Shown: positions 38,758-40,837 of the stretch, one piece after another
Layout: the number at the start of each line of letters is the position of its first letter
Position numbering within the stretch: the stretch's first letter is position 1
Assembly (NCBI GenBank): GCA_037380845.1
Contig: JARRRI010000044.1
Span: forward strand, 23,506-64,342
DNA length: 40,837 nt
Direction of reading: 5' to 3'
Origin: Candidatus Sulfobium sp.
GTDB taxonomy: Bacteria > Nitrospirota > Thermodesulfovibrionia > Thermodesulfovibrionales > UBA6898
Translations under genes and position numbers: made by a program
The notes under the pieces: generated by a model
Told to the model about the DNA's origin: nothing
Database searches by the model: none
Seen by the model: the letters and a program-made list of their open reading frames with translations, nothing else

Positions 38758-40074
38758 ATGCATATTGGAATAATAGGCACCGGCTACGTCGGGCTTGTCA
38801 CCGGCGCATGCTTCGCGGAATTCGGGATCTTTGTTACCTGCGTTGACAAGGATGCCGCAAAGGTGCGTGCGCTGAGAAAGGGCCAGATACAGTTCTACGA
38901 GCCCGGCCTCGAGGATCTCGTCAAAAGAAATATAAAGAATGGCCACCTCAGGTTTTCAACCAGGGTCCGCGACGCCGTTGATTCATCCCTCGTCATATTT
39001 GTTGCAGTGGGTACGCCTCCCCGCGGCGACGGATCGGCCGACATGAGATACATTGAAGAGGTGGTCGATGAAATAGCCCGGAACATTGACGGGTATAAGG
39101 TCATCGTGATGAAAAGCACGGTGCCAATCGGGACGTGTTCCAGGGTGCGGAAGATCATTTCCAGGAAGTTGAAGGAAAAAGTCGACTTCGACATCGTGTC
39201 CAACCCGGAATTTCTGCGGGAGGGGTCGGCTATCGAGGATTTTATGAGGCCCAACAGGGTGGTCATCGGTGCTGCCAGCCAGCAGGCAACGGCGATCATG
39301 AAAGACTTGTACAGGCCTCTTTATCTTATAGAGACGCCCTTCGTCACGACGAATATCGAGACTGCCGAATTAATCAAGTATGCTTCCAATGCCTTCCTGG
39401 CAGTCAAGATATCCTTCATAAACGAGATGGCGAATCTCTGCGAGAACGTGGGGGCCGACGTCCAGATGGTGGCCAAGGGCATGGGTCTGGACAGGAGAAT
39501 AGGCCCGAAGTTTCTTCACAGCGGTCCGGGCTACGGAGGGTCGTGCTTCCCCAAGGACACTCGGGCCCTCCTTGCTATTGCGGAGGGCAGCGGAGTGGAA
39601 CTCGGGATTGTAAAGGCCGCGGTGGGGGCAAATGAAGAACAGAAAAAGCTGATGATAGAAAAGATCAGGAAGGGGCTGGGCAAGCTTAAGGGTAAAAAGA
39701 TATCGGTGCTCGGCCTTTCGTTCAAGCCCAATACAAATGATATGCGCGAGGCCCCTTCTTTGTATATAATAGAGAAGCTGCTGGAGGAAGGGGCGGCCGT
39801 AAAGGCATTCGACCCTGTAGCCGTCGCCGATGCGAAGAAACTGCTTGACAAGAAGGTTCTGTACGCAGACGACGCGTATGACTGCGTCAAAGGCGCGGAT
39901 GCGGTTGTGATAGTCACCGAGTGGAATGAATTCAGGAAACTGGAGATGGCGAGAATCAGGAAGCTTATGAAAACGCCTTTCTTCTTCGATCTGAGGAATA
40001 TCTACGAGTCGGCGAATATGAAGAAGCTGGGGTTCAATTACTTCAGCGTCGGAAGGGAAAAATTGGGCGATTAG
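38758..40074 (+). CDS. ugd: UDP-glucose 6-dehydrogenase
   Basis: GTGYVGLV, AVGTP, KSTVP, SNPEFLREG, AELIKY, GYGGSCFPKD, FKPNTNDMRE. Confidence 0.95.
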   Translation: MHIGIIGTGYVGLVTGACFAEFGIFVTCVDKDAAKVRALRKGQIQFYEPGLEDLVKRNIKNGHLRFSTRVRDAVDSSLVIFVAVGTPPRGDGSADMRYIEEVVDEIARNIDGYKVIVMKSTVPIGTCSRVRKIISRKLKEKVDFDIVSNPEFLREGSAIEDFMRPNRVVIGAASQQATAIMKDLYRPLYLIETPFVTTNIETAELIKYASNAFLAVKISFINEMANLCENVGADVQMVAKGMGLDRRIGPKFLHSGPGYGGSCFPKDTRALLAIAEGSGVELGIVKAAVGANEEQKKLMIEKIRKGLGKLKGKKISVLGLSFKPNTNDMREAPSLYIIEKLLEEGAAVKAFDPVAVADAKKLLDKKVLYADDAYDCVKGADAVVIVTEWNEFRKLEMARIRKLMKTPFFFDLRNIYESANMKKLGFNYFSVGREKLGD

Positions 40075-40139
40075 CTCAGCGGGAGAGCGCTGCCTTCACA
40101 CGGCAGAGGTCACTGGTTCGAAACCAGTATCGCCCACCA
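40065..40139 (+). tRNA. tRNA-Val(CAC)
   Basis: GGGCGAT/ATCGCCC acceptor stem, CTGCC-TTCACAC-GGCAG anticodon arm, GGTTCGAAACC T-arm, encoded CCA. Confidence 0.96.
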
Positions 40140-40149
40140 TTTTGCCTTT

Positions 40150-40247
40150 ATTTTCAAGGACTTATCAAATGGCTTAAATAGGCCATTCTCTAGCTAACCT
40201 ACTGAAATAAAAAAATAATTTGGACCGTCCCCAAAACGTCCCCAAAA
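40150..40247. other. putative attachment-site arm region downstream of the tRNA
   Basis: IHF-like site tttcaaggactta (40152-40164) and tandem 11-bp direct repeat cgtccccaaaa x2 (40226-40247) in an AT-rich tract. Confidence 0.5.
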
Positions 40248-40396
40248 GCATGACTTACAGGCTGAAAAAGTGACCACGTAGTCACGCAAATTGTGCTTTA
40301 TTTAGGAAGACCTTTGCGGTAAGATTTTTCTCGACTCCTTCCTGAAGTTTTCATTTCTTTGTCCTGATATAATGTTGGGTAGTACAAGGGAGAGTC

Positions 40397-40531
40397 CGGC
40401 TGAAGACACGGGAGCCGAGACAGGCGAGGAACCCTAAGACGGGGGAGCAGGTTGAGGTTCCGGCAAAGAAGGTCTTGTTTTTCAAGGTCGGGAAGGAACT
40501 CAGGGAAGGGATGAATGAAGAGAAGGGGTAA
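40397..40531 (+). pseudogene. C-terminal half of an IHF/HU-family protein
   Basis: [40 protein letters not shown]; in-frame stop at 40370 and no start codon. Confidence 0.75.
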
Positions 40532-40837
40532 GGGGATAGACATTATAGTCCTTCCAGTGGTAGCAGAATTTTTTCTCGTAGTTCGACATCTGACTTATTT
40601 TGCCAGAAAGCTCTACTTATGGGGTGTCTGTCAGGAGGGGGAGCTTACGATATACAGCGACAAAAAAGGTGAACCCCTCGACAGTTATAGCAAGGCCCAA
40701 GGCGTCCTGAAGGATATCAACACGGACATGGCCGACAGTTCCAGGAACTTCACCTTTGACGACTACAAGACATCGTCCAGGGAGAAATACTGTCTTCGAA
40801 CCCGTTTCGACCAGTACAGGGCAACCAAGCCCGGATA
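40515..40837 (+). CDS. partial ORF running off the window, possibly the N-terminus of a tyrosine integrase
   Basis: open frame from ATG 40515; [33 protein letters not shown] resembles integrase arm-binding regions; tRNA-adjacent; no catalytic domain visible. Confidence 0.35.
   Translation, partial: MKRRGKGIDIIVLPVVAEFFLVVRHLTYFARKLYLWGVCQEGELTIYSDKKGEPLDSYSKAQGVLKDINTDMADSSRNFTFDDYKTSSREKYCLRTRFDQYRATKPG

Overview
A 40.8-kb bacterial chromosomal segment of mostly housekeeping and cell-envelope genes. Gene content and protein style suggest an anaerobic Gram-negative such as Nitrospirota/Thermodesulfovibrionia or a deltaproteobacterium (inference only). It holds manC-pgm-galE; rpsT; a minus-strand run metK-ahcY-MOSC-mog-ccdA-leuS-lptE-holA; split class I fumarase; a SufR-like regulator; bioF; HU; msbA and an LPS/glycosylation cluster; ugd; and tRNA-Val(CAC) followed by a probable integration site. 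The most interesting signal is intergenic. Two four-helix-bundle (IVP, TIGR02436-like) genes each sit between inverted arms of 6-7-nt tandem repeats that abut neighbouring stop/start codons, and each has its own repeat unit. Empty or decayed copies of both cassette types are present, and several contain one of ten copies of a GTCATTCCCG...CGGGAATGAC double-hairpin (REP/RPE-like) element. A 27-aa Lys-rich peptide has its own promoter, RBS and terminator. About nine genes, including essential leuS and msbA, lack internal or terminal segments, and msbA carries a short foreign histidine-kinase fragment. These breaks most likely reflect collapsed scaffold gaps or chimeric assembly, not biology.
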